A stretch of 64,000 nucleotides of DNA from the human T2T-CHM13v2.0 reference genome, Homo sapiens: the NCBI RefSeq assembly GCF_009914755.1, contig NC_060938.1; one strand, written 5' to 3'. How positions within the stretch are numbered: position 1 is the first letter of the stretch; every line of letters begins with the position of its first letter. Positions 1 through 13,609 of the stretch are shown here, in pieces. A program made the translations under genes and the position numbers. The notes below the pieces were generated by a model. It ran no database searches. It was not told where the DNA came from and was given only the letters and a program-made list of their open reading frames with translations.

Positions 1-167
1 TTTCTAGTAGAATTCCCAAACCTTCAGTAATTAAGAACAAGTAACATTTCTAAAACAATTTGGGGACTAACATACGGTTCCTAGCTTTTTAATTTGCAAA
101 ATGAGGACATTAAAAAGAAAATCAACTATTTACTAATATTACATTTTATTAGAAGTTTTTATACCAA

Positions 168-408
168 ACAATTTGGAGGGACTAAGGTTAGACTAAATAA
201 TTTTCCCAATAATTGTTTCAAACCTTACCCAACAAATCACATTCCCCACCTCCACATTCACATACATCTAATTTTTTCACTTTGTTTCACAATTTGGAGG
301 GACTAAGGTTAGACTAAATAATTTTCCCAATAATTATTTCAAAACCTTACCCAACAAATCACACTCCCCACCTCCACATTCACATACATCTGATTTTTTC
401 ACTTTGTT
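168..408. repeat. Tandem duplication, 2 copies of ~121 bp
   Basis: ACAATTTGGAGGGACTAAGGTTAGACTAAAT...CACTTTGTT occurs at 168-288 and 289-408, with 3 substitutions and one 1-bp indel by eye. Confidence 0.95.
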
Positions 409-599
409 CTGGGCCTGAGAAACTTCATCATGAATCATCAGTAGGACAAATTACTCTGTTTGGGATACTCTACTCCATCATGCCCTCTTTACTGTTTACT
501 GTCTTGCTAAAGATAGATAGCTCACTTTGTTTCAATCAGTTTTGAAAATGTCTCATTTGGGAGAAAACTCAAAACAAGCACTTAGTCTTACTTCCATAA

Positions 600-666
600 C
601 CTCTAATTCCTAACACAGTGCATGGCACATAGAAGGTACTCAAAAAATTCTTGTTGAATGAGTGAA
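600..666 (+). mobile_element. L2 3'-end fragment
   Basis: ACAGTGCATGGCACATAGAAGGTACTCAAAAAATTCTTGTTGAATGAGTGAA resembles the L2 terminal motif. Confidence 0.6.
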
Positions 667-3501
667 GGTCATAAACTTGTCCATTTTCTTTTCCCTAACT
701 CTGCCTGTTTGGGCAAGTGGTGACTTAGTGGTTTAGTTTATCTGTGGTTATCCCCTGTGTCTGTTCCAATATGTGCAAAAACAGCTTAAGAAGTGAATTT
801 CTGATTGGGTTGAGGGCCATGCTCTATGATGTGTTAATACATTCTTCTGTCAGATTTGAGCCTTGCTATTAGGTAATTTCCACACTTCACCATCACCTAT
901 GCTTGGCTAACATCCAGACTCGAGCTCCAATTCTGTCAGCTAATGTGGTCTTGTTTATTTATATTCTCTCTCAGATGACTCAAGTTTCAAAGTGAATAGT
1001 CCCTTATAGTAATAGATATGAGCAAATTGCATGACGTGGATAAAAACTGGGAAACTATCTTCTAGCCTACTGCGTATTCATGGAGGAGAAAGGTATAAAT
1101 CATCACTTAATGTTGCTCTTATTTGAAAGTTTAATCAGCTTTTACAAATGATTTAGTATTTAGCATTTCAGTTATCTTTCCCCTTGGGTCAATGATAGTT
1201 AGTTGCTCTAAAATGTTTTTTTAGCATTTATTCCACCCTGTTCACATTTTTTGTTTTAACATCAAGGGAGCTTAACATATACAGTTGGTAGTGATGCCTT
1301 AGGGAAGAAAAAAAACATAGAATAAAATTTTGAAATTGAGAAAGAATTCTGGAAGAAACTAGATTGTAAAAGATCACCCTAATTACGTTATTACTAATTT
1401 GGACCAATACACCATCATAAAGATGAGAAAACAGACAGAAAAAGTTAACGACCCCTCTCTGCTAACTTTATAGAGCTAGTTGCGATGGTGAGGACTAGAA
1501 TGCAAGTAAGACCAAATACTCCAGGTAAACAGCTTATTCCCTTTCTATTGTCTATCCACACTTGGCTTCTCTCCCTGCCCTTCTCACATACTCCTTCTGT
1601 TTTCTGATTGATAAGTTGAGGAAATAAGCCACACATGTCTGGGCTGGCATTCCTCTCACTTTTCTTCTCTATGACGTTTGCCTGCCTGCAGAGAGCAAGC
1701 AATCTGATGTGCTCCTCTGTGCTATAGACTTATCAGTGTACCCACAACACAAACACAGTCCTGCAGTTACACAAGTACTGCCTATGTCTGTGCAGGGCTA
1801 ATTTTGGGGTTCATTGTCAGGAAGCCCAATTGTAGCCCACACCTAAGCCTTGTTCTTCAACAGCTCTATCAAAAATAAATCTAGCATTTTGATTTTCATC
1901 TTTTCAGCTTCTCAATCATTCTAGTTATTAAACACAGGCAAGGAATAAGAATAATGCTATTTATTAGATCCCTATAAGCCCTAAGATAAATCTGCTGTCT
2001 TATGGAAGAACAGTAATACTTAGCATGTTGGCTAAAAACAGATACCTCAGACATATTGCCCCAAATGCCAGCATCAGAGGATCAGCCAGAAACAGCAGTA
2101 GCCATTTTTTCCCCACCCATCTCTCTCTGAGCCACTTCACAGGTCACCAGCATGCTGAGAAGAGATGTCTGCTTTGAAAGCTCTGGGCTCACCTAATGTC
2201 CAACTATCAGTGAATGCTGTAGCATGCAGTCACATGGGGGCAGTTTGGGGTGCGTGCAGGAAAAAAAACACTCCTCCCTATCTTGCATGTACTGCTGGCT
2301 ATCTCCAGCTGAGGACTTCTGAAGAACTTCATTTGCTGTGATTGTAACCCTTTCCCAGTGGACCATCTAGAGAAGATCTCTCACACACACACCCTCCCTT
2401 CCCCCTACACACACAGTTTGTCTACAGAGATACCGAAAACTCTGGCATTGTTAGCATGCTATTCAATTACTGATACCACATCATTCCCCATACCTTTCTG
2501 CTTAGAAATTCAGACAAATCAGAAAGTAGGCTTATTACACACAAGCCATTTCAGCAAATGAATAAGAGTTGGAAAAGGGTAGAGTATCATGACTGCCAGT
2601 TTCAAAAGGTCTTTTTAGAGCTATTTCTCAAGTTTGAAGGCTTCCCTAAACATCTTTCAAATTCCCTAACTCTGAAATAATAACCATTAAATGTTTAAAA
2701 TAGCTTTGTTATTTTGTGTGATTAAAGATGCAACATATGTGTACTGGAAGAAAATCATAAAGTGCATCAGTATAAAACAAATAAAGGTAATTAGTAATCC
2801 CACCTTACAGATAGTCACTGATCACATACTGATGTATTTTTCTAGACATAAACATTCATTTTAAAGAGCTCATTCCACACAGGCTCTTTTATAACCTGTT
2901 TTTTTTTCTGTGACCCAATTTTAATGCTTATCCTGATGGACAACCTCAAGTGCATTTCTATGTATCAAGATACAGCTGGAAGTAGGCAGCCACAGAATTA
3001 GTGTTTCTTAAAAAGAGGCTCAGCCTCTGGTTTTTTGACAAAGCCCACTCAGTGTATGGTGACAGGGGAGCTAGGTCTCAGGATGAGAATCATTGAAGCA
3101 AATACTAGTTTGGACCAGATAGAAGAAGGAATGTTATTAGAGGAGCTGTCCTCTCAAAGATAATTAAATCTTTCCAGAAGTTAATCTGTCCCAGCAGCAT
3201 AATACCTGAGATGGAAAACTTTACTTTCATTGTCACCGAACAGCTGTGAAATACAAGTGATAAGAAGGTGGAGAAAATGAGTGATAATTGGATTTTGAGG
3301 TTCTGTGTGGTAAATTTCAGTGACAGGGCTGGCATCACTCTGGAACTCCCTCATCAACAAATGCGATCTTTAAGGGCATGCACCAATCAGTTGCTTCCTG
3401 CAGCTTTCATCACAAGCATGGCTGTGGCACAAAGTGAAAACACTCAGCTCTGGCTGCTTCAGAACCCTGGCCAATGGCAGCTATGCTAGAGTTAGAAATA
3501 C

Positions 3502-3820
3502 TGCTTTTGTCTGAATGTTTGTGTTTCCTCAAAATTCATATGTTGAAATCTAACCCCCAGGGCAGTAGGGTTATTTAGGTCATGAGGCTGGAAGCTTCAT
3601 GAATGGGATTAGTGTCCTTATAAAAGAGGCCTGAGAGAACACCTTCCACCATGTGAAGATGCAGTGAAAACATGCCCTCTTTGAGGAAGCAGGCCCTCAC
3701 CAAACATACGCTGCTGCCTTGATCTTGGACTTCCCAGCCTCAAGAACTGTGAAAAATGTCTGTCATTCACAAGTTACTCAGTCTAAGGTGTTTTGTTATA
3801 GCAGCCCAAATGGACTAAGA
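3502..3820 (+). mobile_element. MLT1A-like solo LTR (ERVL-MaLR)
   Basis: Starts ...CTGAATGTTTGTGTTTCCTCAAAATTCATATGTTGAAATC; contains TTGATCTTGGACTTCCCAGCCTC; ends TTGTTATAGCAGCCCAAATGGACTAAGA. Confidence 0.85.
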
Positions 3821-4764
3821 AAAATACCAGACACAACCCAAGGTGAGGGGAACTTTAATGAAAGTGTCCAAAGTGGTTTATTTCCCCTTAAACTACTGAC
3901 TGATATAGTACAAGGAAGAATATACAATTATTTTTGTAAAAATGATAATACATTTTTCCTGATTCTTTGTAAGTGAATAGACAAAACAACTGGAGGCTTG
4001 GCTAAAATTAATTTTTAAAAAATTTTCAAAAGGTTGCTTCATATTATATCCAGAAATAAATGGAATCATTTTTAATTGATATTTTAACTATAACATATAT
4101 ATGGTAAAAATTGAAACTGTGGAAAGGTTATAAAATGAAAAGTAATTCCTCCTTTCTCACTGATGACAAGCCACATGCTTTATAGGTAAACATTATTGTT
4201 TCTCGTGAATACTTTAAAAAAAATTATACTGTCTTGCATTTTTTTTTAAACTTTAGTACCCCTTGAGATGGCTCCCTTTTACTCTAGTATCATTTTGTTG
4301 AATATTGCTTCAGATTTTTAAATGTACTTGTGGAGGGGGAACATTGGACACATCCGCACACCCCACCTTAACTATTATCTTTTAACATGCTCTGTTCTCT
4401 CTTGTCCTTGGGCAAATCCTAGAGTTTTCACCCTTTTTGTTGTAAGAATAGTATCCCATTGGTAACTAAGACATGATTTCAAGTATTAAAATTCCTACCA
4501 AATGCTGAAAGCTTGAGTCTCACATCCAATTCATAGCCTCTTTTCTCTCTTCCAATTGCGGGCCGTACTCACAACTGGGACCCACAGGCGAAGAGGATAT
4601 AATCTAGTCTTCAATTTTTCTGTATTTCTTCTGCCTCCCATTTTAGTACTTACAGAGCAGAGGAAATCAGATGCAAGGGATAAAAATCTTTACTTATCTA
4701 GTCCTATAATTAAGGTCCTCTCTTGACTGATACCTGGCCCAAAGAAGCCCTCTGTTGCAGGTAG

Positions 4765-5320
<556 letters not shown>

Positions 5321-5407
5321 TAGAATATATTTATTTTTACCTTCAATATTGAGTCATTGGCAAAATTCTTCAACAAAAAGAAGAGTCCTACTCAAGTATC
5401 AAGTTTC

Positions 5408-5498
5408 ATAATTTTTGAAGGTCAAATACACCTGAGTTCCTATGTGAGCTCTACTATATATTCACTTGGGCAAGTTACTTCATTTTCTCTCCATGTCT
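5408..5498 (+). mobile_element. MIR, left part (interrupted by L1)
   Basis: CCTGAGTTCC...CTTGGGCAAGTTACTT...CTCTCCATGTCTC matches the MIR core approach; the element continues at ~11683. Confidence 0.65.
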
Positions 5499-5732
5499 CT
5501 TTTTTTTTTCTTCAGCTTTTATTTTAGGTTCAGTGGGTACATGTACACGTTTGTTACATGGGTAAATTGCATTATGCTGGGGTTTGGTGTACAAATGATT
5601 TCATGCCTCAAGCAGTGAGCATGGTGCCTGATAGGTAGTTTTTCAATCTTTCTCTTCCTCCCACCCTCCTCCCATCTCAAGTAGGCTCTGGTGTCTATTG
5701 TTTCCATCTTTGTGTCCATGTGTACTCAATGT

Positions 5733-8700
5733 TTAGCTCCCACTTATAAGTGAGAACATGTGCTATTTGGTTTTCTGTTCCCGTGTTAATTTGCTTAGGA
5801 TAATGGCCTCCAGCTGCATCCATGTTTCTGCAAAGAACAGGATTCCATTTTTTAAATGGCTATATAGTATTTCATGTGTATATGTACCACATTTAAAAAA
5901 TCCAGTCCACTATTGATGGGCATCTAGGTTGATTCCATGTCTCTGCTATTGTGGATAGTACAACAATGAACATGTGAGTGCATGTGTCTCTTTGGTAGAA
6001 TGCTTAACATTCCTTTGAATGTATGCCTGGTAATGTGAAGCCTGGGTCGAACAGTAGTTGTAAATTCTTTGAGAAATATTCAAACTGCTTTTTTTGAACT
6101 AATTTACATTCCCAGCCAGCAGCGTATAAGCATTCTCTTTCCTAAACAACCTTGCCAGCACCTGTAATTTTCTCTTTTAGATAATTGCCATTCTGACTGG
6201 TGTGAAATGGTATCTCAGTGGGGTTTTGATTTGCATTTTTCTAATGATTAGTGATGTTGAGCATTTTTTCATGTGCTTGTTGGCTGCATGTATGTTGTCT
6301 TTTGAGAATTCTCTGTTTATGTCTTTTTTCCATTTTTTAATGGGGCTGTTTATTTTTTGCTTGTTGATTTGTTTAAGTACCTTATAGATTTTGGTGTTAG
6401 ACTTTTGTCAGATGCATAGTTTGTAAATATTTTCTCCCATACTGTAGGTTATCTGTTTACACTGATAATAGTTATTTTGCTATGCTAAGCTCTTTAGTTT
6501 AGTTACACTCACCTATTTTGGTTTTGTTGTAATTGCTTTTGGAGACTTTATTGTGAAATCTTTGGCAAGGCCTATGTCCAAAATGGATTTCCTTGGTTTC
6601 CTTCTAGGGTTTTCATAGTTTTAGGTCTTATATTTAATTCTTTAATCCATTTGAGTTGATTTTTTATAAGATGAAAGGGTCCAGTTTTAATCTTCTGCAT
6701 ATGGCTAGCCAATTATTCCAGCACCATCTATTGAATCCGGGGAGTCCTTTCCCCATTGTTTGTTATCGTCAACTTTGTTGAAGATCAGATGGTTGTAGGT
6801 GTACGGCTTTATTTCTAGGTTCTTTAATCTGTTTCATTAGTCCATGTGTCTGTTTTTGTACCATTACAGTACTGTTTTGGTTACTGCAGGCTTGTAGTAT
6901 AGTTTGAAGTCTGATAGTGTGATGCCTCTGGCTTTATTCTTTCTGCTTAAAATTGCTGTGGCTATTTGGGCTCTTTTTTGGTTCCATAAGAATTTAAAGT
7001 AATTTTTTTCTAGTTCTGTGAAGAATGCCATTTGTAGTTTGATAGGAATAGCATTGAATCTATAAATCATTTTGGGCAATACAGCCATTGTAACAATATC
7101 AATTCTTCCTATCTGTGAGCATGACATGTTTTTTCATTTTTGTCATCTCTGATTTTTTTAATGTTTTGAAATTCTCAAGTGGAGATCTTTCACCTCTTCA
7201 ATTAGACTTATTCCTAGCCATTTTATTCTTATTGTAGCTATTGTGAATGGGATTACATTTTTGATTTGGCCCTCAGCTTGGGTGTTTTTGTAATTTTGAA
7301 ATGCTACTGGTTTTTGTACCTTGATTTTGTATCGTGAAACTTTACTAAAGTTATTTATTGGAACTAGGAATCTTTGGGCAGAGACTATGGAGTTTTCTAG
7401 GTATAGAATCATAGCGTATATGAAGAGAAATAGTTTTACTTCTTCTCCTTTTATTTGGATGCTTTTTCTTTCTTTCTCTTGCCTGATTACTTTGGCTAGG
7501 ACTTCCAGTGCTATGTTGACTAGGAGTGATGAGAGTGGGCACCTTTGCCTTGTTTTGGTTCTCAAAGGGAATGCTTTTAGCTTTTGCCCATTGAGAATGA
7601 TGTTGGGTGTGGGTTTGTAATAGGTGGCTCTTATTATTTTAAGTATATTCATTTGGTGCCTAGTTTGAGGTTTGTTTGTTTGTTTGTTTTTAACATGAAG
7701 GGATGTTGAATATTATCAAAGGCCTTTTCTGCATCTATTGAGATAATTATGTGGTTTTTGTTTTTAGTTCTGTTTATGTGATGAATCACATTTATTGACT
7801 TGCATGTGTTGAACCAATCCTGCATCCCAGGAGTAAAGCCTACTTGATTATGGTAGATTAGCTTTTTGATGTGTTGCTGGATTGGGGTTTCTGGTATTTT
7901 ATTGAGGATTTGTGCATCTATCTTCATCAGGTATATTAGCCTGAAGTTTTCTTTTTTTTTCATGTCTCTCCCCAATGTTTTGGTATCAGAATGATACTGG
8001 CCTAAGAGAATGAGTAGGGGAGGAGTACCCTCTCTTTGCTTTTTTTGGAAAAAATTTCAGTAGAATTGGTGTCAGCTCTTCTTTGTACATGTGTTAGAAT
8101 TTGACTTTGAATCTGCCTAATCCAGAGGTTTTCCTAGTTGGTAGTTTTTCTGTTCCTGATTCAAGAACTGGTTTTTAGACTGCTCAGGGTTTCAATTTCT
8201 TCCTGGTTCAATTTTTGAAGGTTGCATGTTTCTAGGAATTTATCCATTTCTTGTAGGTTTTCTAGTTTGCCTGCATAGAGGTGTACATAACAGTCTCTGA
8301 GAGTTTTTTGTGTTTCTATGGGGTTGTTGTTAATGTTTCTTTTGTCATTTCTCATTGTTTTTATCCGGGTCTTCTTTTTTCTTTATTAGCCTAGCTATTA
8401 GTCTATCCATCTTGTTCTTTCAAATAATCAACTTTTGGTTTAGTTCTTTTGTAGAGATTTTCACATCTCAACTTTGTTTTGTTAAGCTCTGATTTTGGTT
8501 ATTTTCTTTTGCTAGCTTTGGGGTTGATTGCTCTTGTTTTTCTAGTTTCTTTAGGTGGTATGTTAGCTTATTAATTTGAGATCATTTTACCTTCTTAATG
8601 AAGGTGTTTAATGCTGTAAACTTTCCTCTTAATACTGTTTCAGTTGTGTCCCAGAGGTTTTGGTATGTTGTATCTTTGTTTTCATTAGTTTCAAAAATTT

Positions 8701-9493
8701 TTTGATTTCTGCCTTAATTTCATTCTTTAATGAAAAGTCATTCAGGAGAAAGTTGTTTAGTTTCATGTAATTGTCTAGTTTTGTGAGATCTTCTTGGTAT
8801 TGATTGCTATTTTTATTGCACTGTGGTCCAAGAGTGTGGTTGGTATGATTCGCTTATTTTGAATTTGTCAAGAATAGCTTTATGGTCTAACATGTAGGTG
8901 ATCCTGGAGTATGTGCTGTGTGCAGGTGAGAAAAATGTATATTCTGTTGTTTCGGGTAGGGAATTCTGTAGATGTCTGTTAGTTACATTTGTGAAGTGTC
9001 AAGTTTAGGTCCAGAATATCTTTATTAGTTTTCTACCTCAATGATCAGCCTAACATTGTCATTGGGGTGTCGGAATCTCCAAATATTATTGTGTGGTTAT
9101 CTAAGTGTCTTTGTAGGTCTCTAAGAACTTGTTTTATGAATCTGGTGCTCTAATGTTGGGCACATATATATTTAGGAGAGTTAAGTCTTGTTGTTGAATT
9201 GAACCCTTTATGTAATGTCCCTTTTTGATTATTGTTGGCTTAACGTTTGTTTTGTCTGAAATAAGAACAGTAGCCCCTGCTCTTTTTTTTTCCATTTGCT
9301 TGATAGATCTTTCTCCATCCTTTTACTTTGACCCTATGAGTGTCATTGAATGTGAGATAGATCTCTTGAAGACAGCATAAAATTGGGTCTTGATTCTTTA
9401 TCTAACTTGCCACTCTGTGCCTTTTAAGTGAAGCATTTAGTCCATTTATATTTAAGGCCAGTATTGATATGTGAAGATTTTATCCTGTATCAT
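5733..9493 (-). pseudogene. Disrupted L1 ORF2 (endonuclease/reverse transcriptase)
   Basis: Degenerate N-terminus (resembling ...ILTLNVNGLNAPLKRHRVA) near 9490; C-terminal HMFSLISGS* ending at 5733; many stops and frameshifts (ORF pieces 6864-7127, 7158-7652, 7649-7975, 8161-8355). Confidence 0.85.
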
Positions 9494-9549
9494 GTTGTTA
9501 GCTGGTTGTTATGTGGACTTGATTATACAGTTGCTTTACAGTGTCAGTG

Positions 9550-10580
9550 GGATATGCACTTATGCCTGTTTTTGTGGTGGCAGGTATCAGTCTTTTGTTT
9601 CTATATTTAGCATTCCCTTAAGGTCCTCATGTAAGGCAGGTCTGGTGGTAACACATTTCCTTAGCATTTGCTTGTTTAAAAAGGTTTTTATATTTCCTTT
9701 GCTTACCAAACTTAGTTTGGCTGGATATGAAATTCTTGATTGGCGTTTCTTTAAGGATGCTAAATGTAGGACCCCAGTCTCTTCTGGTTTATAAGGTTTC
9801 TGCTGAAAGGTCCACAGTTAGCCTGATGAGGTTCCATTTTTAGGTGACCTGATCCATCTCTCTTGCTGACTTTAAACTTTTTTCTTTCACATTGACCGTG
9901 GAAAATATAATGACTGTTTCTTGGGAATGGTCATCTTAAATAGTATCTCACAGGGATTCTCTGCATTTTCTGAATTTGAACATCAACCTCTCTAGTGAGT
10001 TGGGATATTTTTGTGGACATTATCCTTAAATGTGTTTTCCAACTTGCTTGGTCTCATTCCATGTCTTTCAGGAATGCTAGTGAGTTGTAATTTTGGTCTT
10101 TTTACATAATCCCATATTTCTCAGAGGTTTCATTCTTTTTAAAATTCTTTTTTCTTTATTTTTATCTGCATTGATTCAAAGGAGCAGCCTTTGAGCTCTG
10201 AGGTTCTTTCCTTGGCTTGGTCTATTCTGTTATTAATGTTTTCAATTGCATTATGAAATAGGGAATTCTTCATTTCCAGAAGTTCAGTGTGGTTCTTTCT
10301 TAAAATGGTTATGTCATCTTTCAACTCTTGGATCATTGTATAGCTTTCTTTAGATTGTATTTCAACCTTTTCCTATATCTGTTGAGCTCCCTTGCCATCC
10401 AGATTCTGAATTCTATGACTGTCATTTCAGCCATTTCAATCTGATTAAGAACTATTGTTGAAGAACTGGTACAGTCAATTACAGATAAGAGGTAACTCTA
10501 GCTTTTAGCATTGCTAGAATTCTTGGGCTGGTTCTTTCTCATCAGTGTGGGCTAATGTTTCTTTGACTTTTGAACTTGCT
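9550..10580 (-). pseudogene. Disrupted L1 ORF1
   Basis: ORF 10139-10336 (IQELKDDITILRKNHTELLEMKNSL...NRIDQAKERTSELK) is the ORF1p coiled-coil region; limits approximate. Confidence 0.75.
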
Positions 10581-11682
10581 GTATTTTGGATGGGGATTTT
10601 TGCTTTTACATTCTTTGATGTCCTTGATGGTTTGACTCTGGTATAAGTTGGGTTTAGTTGATTGGCTTCATTTCTAGATGCTTTCAGGGGGCCAAAGCTC
10701 AGCTCAGCATTCCTAGGTTGTGTGCTCCAGCCTTGAGGAGTTTGGACCAGGCCCATGGCTTTGTTCTCTGGCTTCTGAAGGTAGAACACCTGCTGTGCTG
10801 GAAGGGCTCAGGTATTCCCAGTCTGCTGGCAATGACCTTGTGACTGGGGCTGCAAGCAAAAGCACTCTAGTGGGGTGGCAGTGGGGTTAGGGGTTATGTG
10901 TGTATATGCACCTGTGGGGCAGCAGAGGAAGCTGTGGCTAGTGTGCACTGGCATGGGAAGGCTGTAGGTGGGTGTGTGTTGGTGGAAGTCTGTCTGCAAA
11001 AGTGTTCTAATGGGCATATGGAGGCTGCTAGTGAAAAAGCTATAGTGGTAGCTACAGTCAAGCATTTCACTGGGGCAGCTGAGGGTGCATTGCAAGTTGG
11101 TGAGGCCGGGCAGGGAGCCTGGGAGAAGCCGGCAGACAGGGGCATTTAGATCAGACTGGCCCTATCCCATGAGCAAGACAGCCCTACTCTCTTTAGGTGT
11201 GGCAGCTAACAAAGACCAAAGCCACCTACAAGAGTATGATGAGGCTTGGCAGATGAGCACCCATGTTTGTGCACCCCTGCAGCTGTTCCTGCACCAAACC
11301 TTCTGGGCTCCGTGCAGACTAGGGTTCTGTCTCTGCAACTCTCCAGGCAGTTTTCCCTGCCCTGTCTCCTGGCAGTTTCCCAATGTCTGGTTTGGTTGTG
11401 GGGTCTCCTGTGGCTAGGATCCTGGAGGTCTATGACAAGAGTTGGTCACTTCATGCCTGTTTCACTCACCCCTTCTTTAGGAGCTGCTCAGGACCAGGAA
11501 TTAGTTCTGGTGCTCAGCAAGCCCATGCAGAAATCCCAGCTTCTTCTCAGGATCTGAGTCCTCCTCCTGTCCACTCTCAGTACCTTCTTTCCAAGATCTC
11601 TTTGAAGTGTGCTGGTTTACTTGATGGTCTGGTCTCTCTAAGTGTGAGAAGCTCTTCCTGGTTACATTGTGTTGGCCATCTT

Positions 11683-11775
11683 TTCTCATTTGTAAAACAG
11701 GACTAATGATAATTACCTCACAGGACTGTTGTGGGGATTACAATACAATGCCTGATACTTAATAAGAACTCAATA
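11683..11775 (+). mobile_element. MIR, right part
   Basis: TTCTCATTTGTAAAACAGGACTAATGATAATTACCTCACAGGACTGTTGTGGGGATTA matches the MIR core continuation. Confidence 0.75.
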
Positions 11776-13609
11776 CAACATGACTAACAGTGTGATCTTA
11801 ATGGTTATAAAAGATGTAAGTGATAAGAACAATGGTATAAAAACCTTTGAGATGGGAGTGGCCAGTTGTGAAAGTGCTATCAAATTGATATACGAGAATA
11901 TATTTGGAAAAAAGTAGAAATAAACAATGGTCTTGGATCCCAAAGTAACTTGGCTCCAGGGGCTTCTCCAGCTTCCTCTGCCAGCCAGTGGCTGATACCA
12001 AGAGGAAATGACAGATTTTTTTCCTCCTTGGGGTAAGGGAATATAGCATGTAGTTTTCTTTTTGATTGTTATTGTTACACAATGAAAACCTTGCAAGTTG
12101 AAATGGCCTTTCTTAGGCTGTGATAAAAATGGCTTCCTTATATCTTTGTATAAGGGAAACAATGTGATTGAATTTGATGGGAAAGAGAAGAAAATAGAGG
12201 GGTAGCGATAATTCAGACAGCAGTTAGTCTTTTTTGCTCATATTTACACAGTGCCTTAGGACAGTGTTTTAAGTGCTCAGCCTGAGATGATTTATTGCCA
12301 GCCCTAATCCCAAACATTCACCTTTCTTCTAAGAGCTCTCACTGTTTGGAAAGGGAACGAGTTTTTGCTACTTGCAGAAAAAGAGCAATTGAACAAACCA
12401 AAGGCAGTATTTTCCAACTCTTTAATTTACCCTCTGGAAGATGAAAATATTGTTAGAGTGGACACTGGAAGTCCTCATCTGCTATGTGCATGGAAGACTA
12501 GAGAATATTCTACAAGCAACAATTGCTAGAACAGAAAAAGGCTAAAAGAGATTATCTTGAACAAAGCTTTCCTTGATCCCGCCTTCCCCCACCCACTTCC
12601 TTCAGAGGTCTCTCTCTTGCTTCTGAGAGTCACGGCAATTCATTCCTCTCTCAAGCCACTTAATTTTAGTCTGTCTAGGTTATTTATTTGTTCCTTTGCT
12701 AGGCCTATAATGTAGGAAAGGTACTTGTCTTATATGTTCTCTTTTCGGAACCTGTGTGTTACAGGACATATCAGCACATGACAACAAAAAAGCTCACAGT
12801 TTTGTTTTTCTATGGAGCAAAACTTTGTTTTATTTCGCTGTGTCTATGAAAACAAAATTAAAGAACTTGGCAACCTAAATTATTTCTTGCAGGTTCCTAT
12901 TAGAAAGGAAAGGAGTGTTTTCAGTAGTAAATTTCAGAACATTATACTTACATTACATTCTTGAGACCTGGGAGCCATTTTTGCTTCTGAAAGAAGTGAC
13001 TGTGCTCAGAGGCAAGATTATATTATATTATAAAAGTCAGCAGGTTACTTTTCTTCCTTGGCTGCAGATTGTTGGGATAACCTTGCCTATGTGTCCATAA
13101 AAATGTCTTCAAACTCGGGTGCCTTAATATCCCTACCTTTGTTCCTCGATGAATTCATTCAATATATGGTTTCTGAGGATTCACAATGTGCAATATCTTA
13201 ATCCATTCTTATTCCTTCCTTCAGTGGACATGGTATACACTTCTAGTGATCTTTGATTGCACAAAGGCAGGTATGGATCCTATCTTTCTCTCAACCTCAG
13301 GTTTCCATGACTGATAAAGCACCATGGAGTAAACATGGCAGGTTCTGTGCCAGTGAGCCATGGTCTGGCAGCCACAGAAACCATTCATCAGCTGTTCAGT
13401 CCCATTACTACTTACTGAGTACAAAATCTTGAGAATGGTAAAACAAAGCTTAGTAAGACAAGTGCCCTTTCTATAGGGTGGGGGGTGATTGAGTCTCTAG
13501 CATCATGTGTGTGTTTGTGTGTACGTGTGTGTGAGTGTGATTGTGATTTATTGTTCATCTACCTCAACTTATTAGACTTTCAGCACCTTGGAAACCAGTC
13601 TGTGTCTTT

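Larger units (their letters stand above)
5499..11682 (-). mobile_element. Full-length old primate L1 (L1PA13-16 class), inactive
   Basis: Poly-T and L1PA-type 3'UTR at 5499-5730; ORF2 fragments (RT: [32 protein letters not shown]); ORF1 fragment 10139-10336; 5'UTR ending in the reverse complement of AAGATGGCC at ~11682. Confidence 0.95.

Noticed and set aside
4560-4660. Minus-strand splice-donor-like motifs (GTGAGT at ~4565-4570, GTAAGT at ~4648-4653) near a few CpGs
   Set aside because: No convincing paired acceptor or recognisable coding frame; such hexamers are common. Needs RNA-seq.
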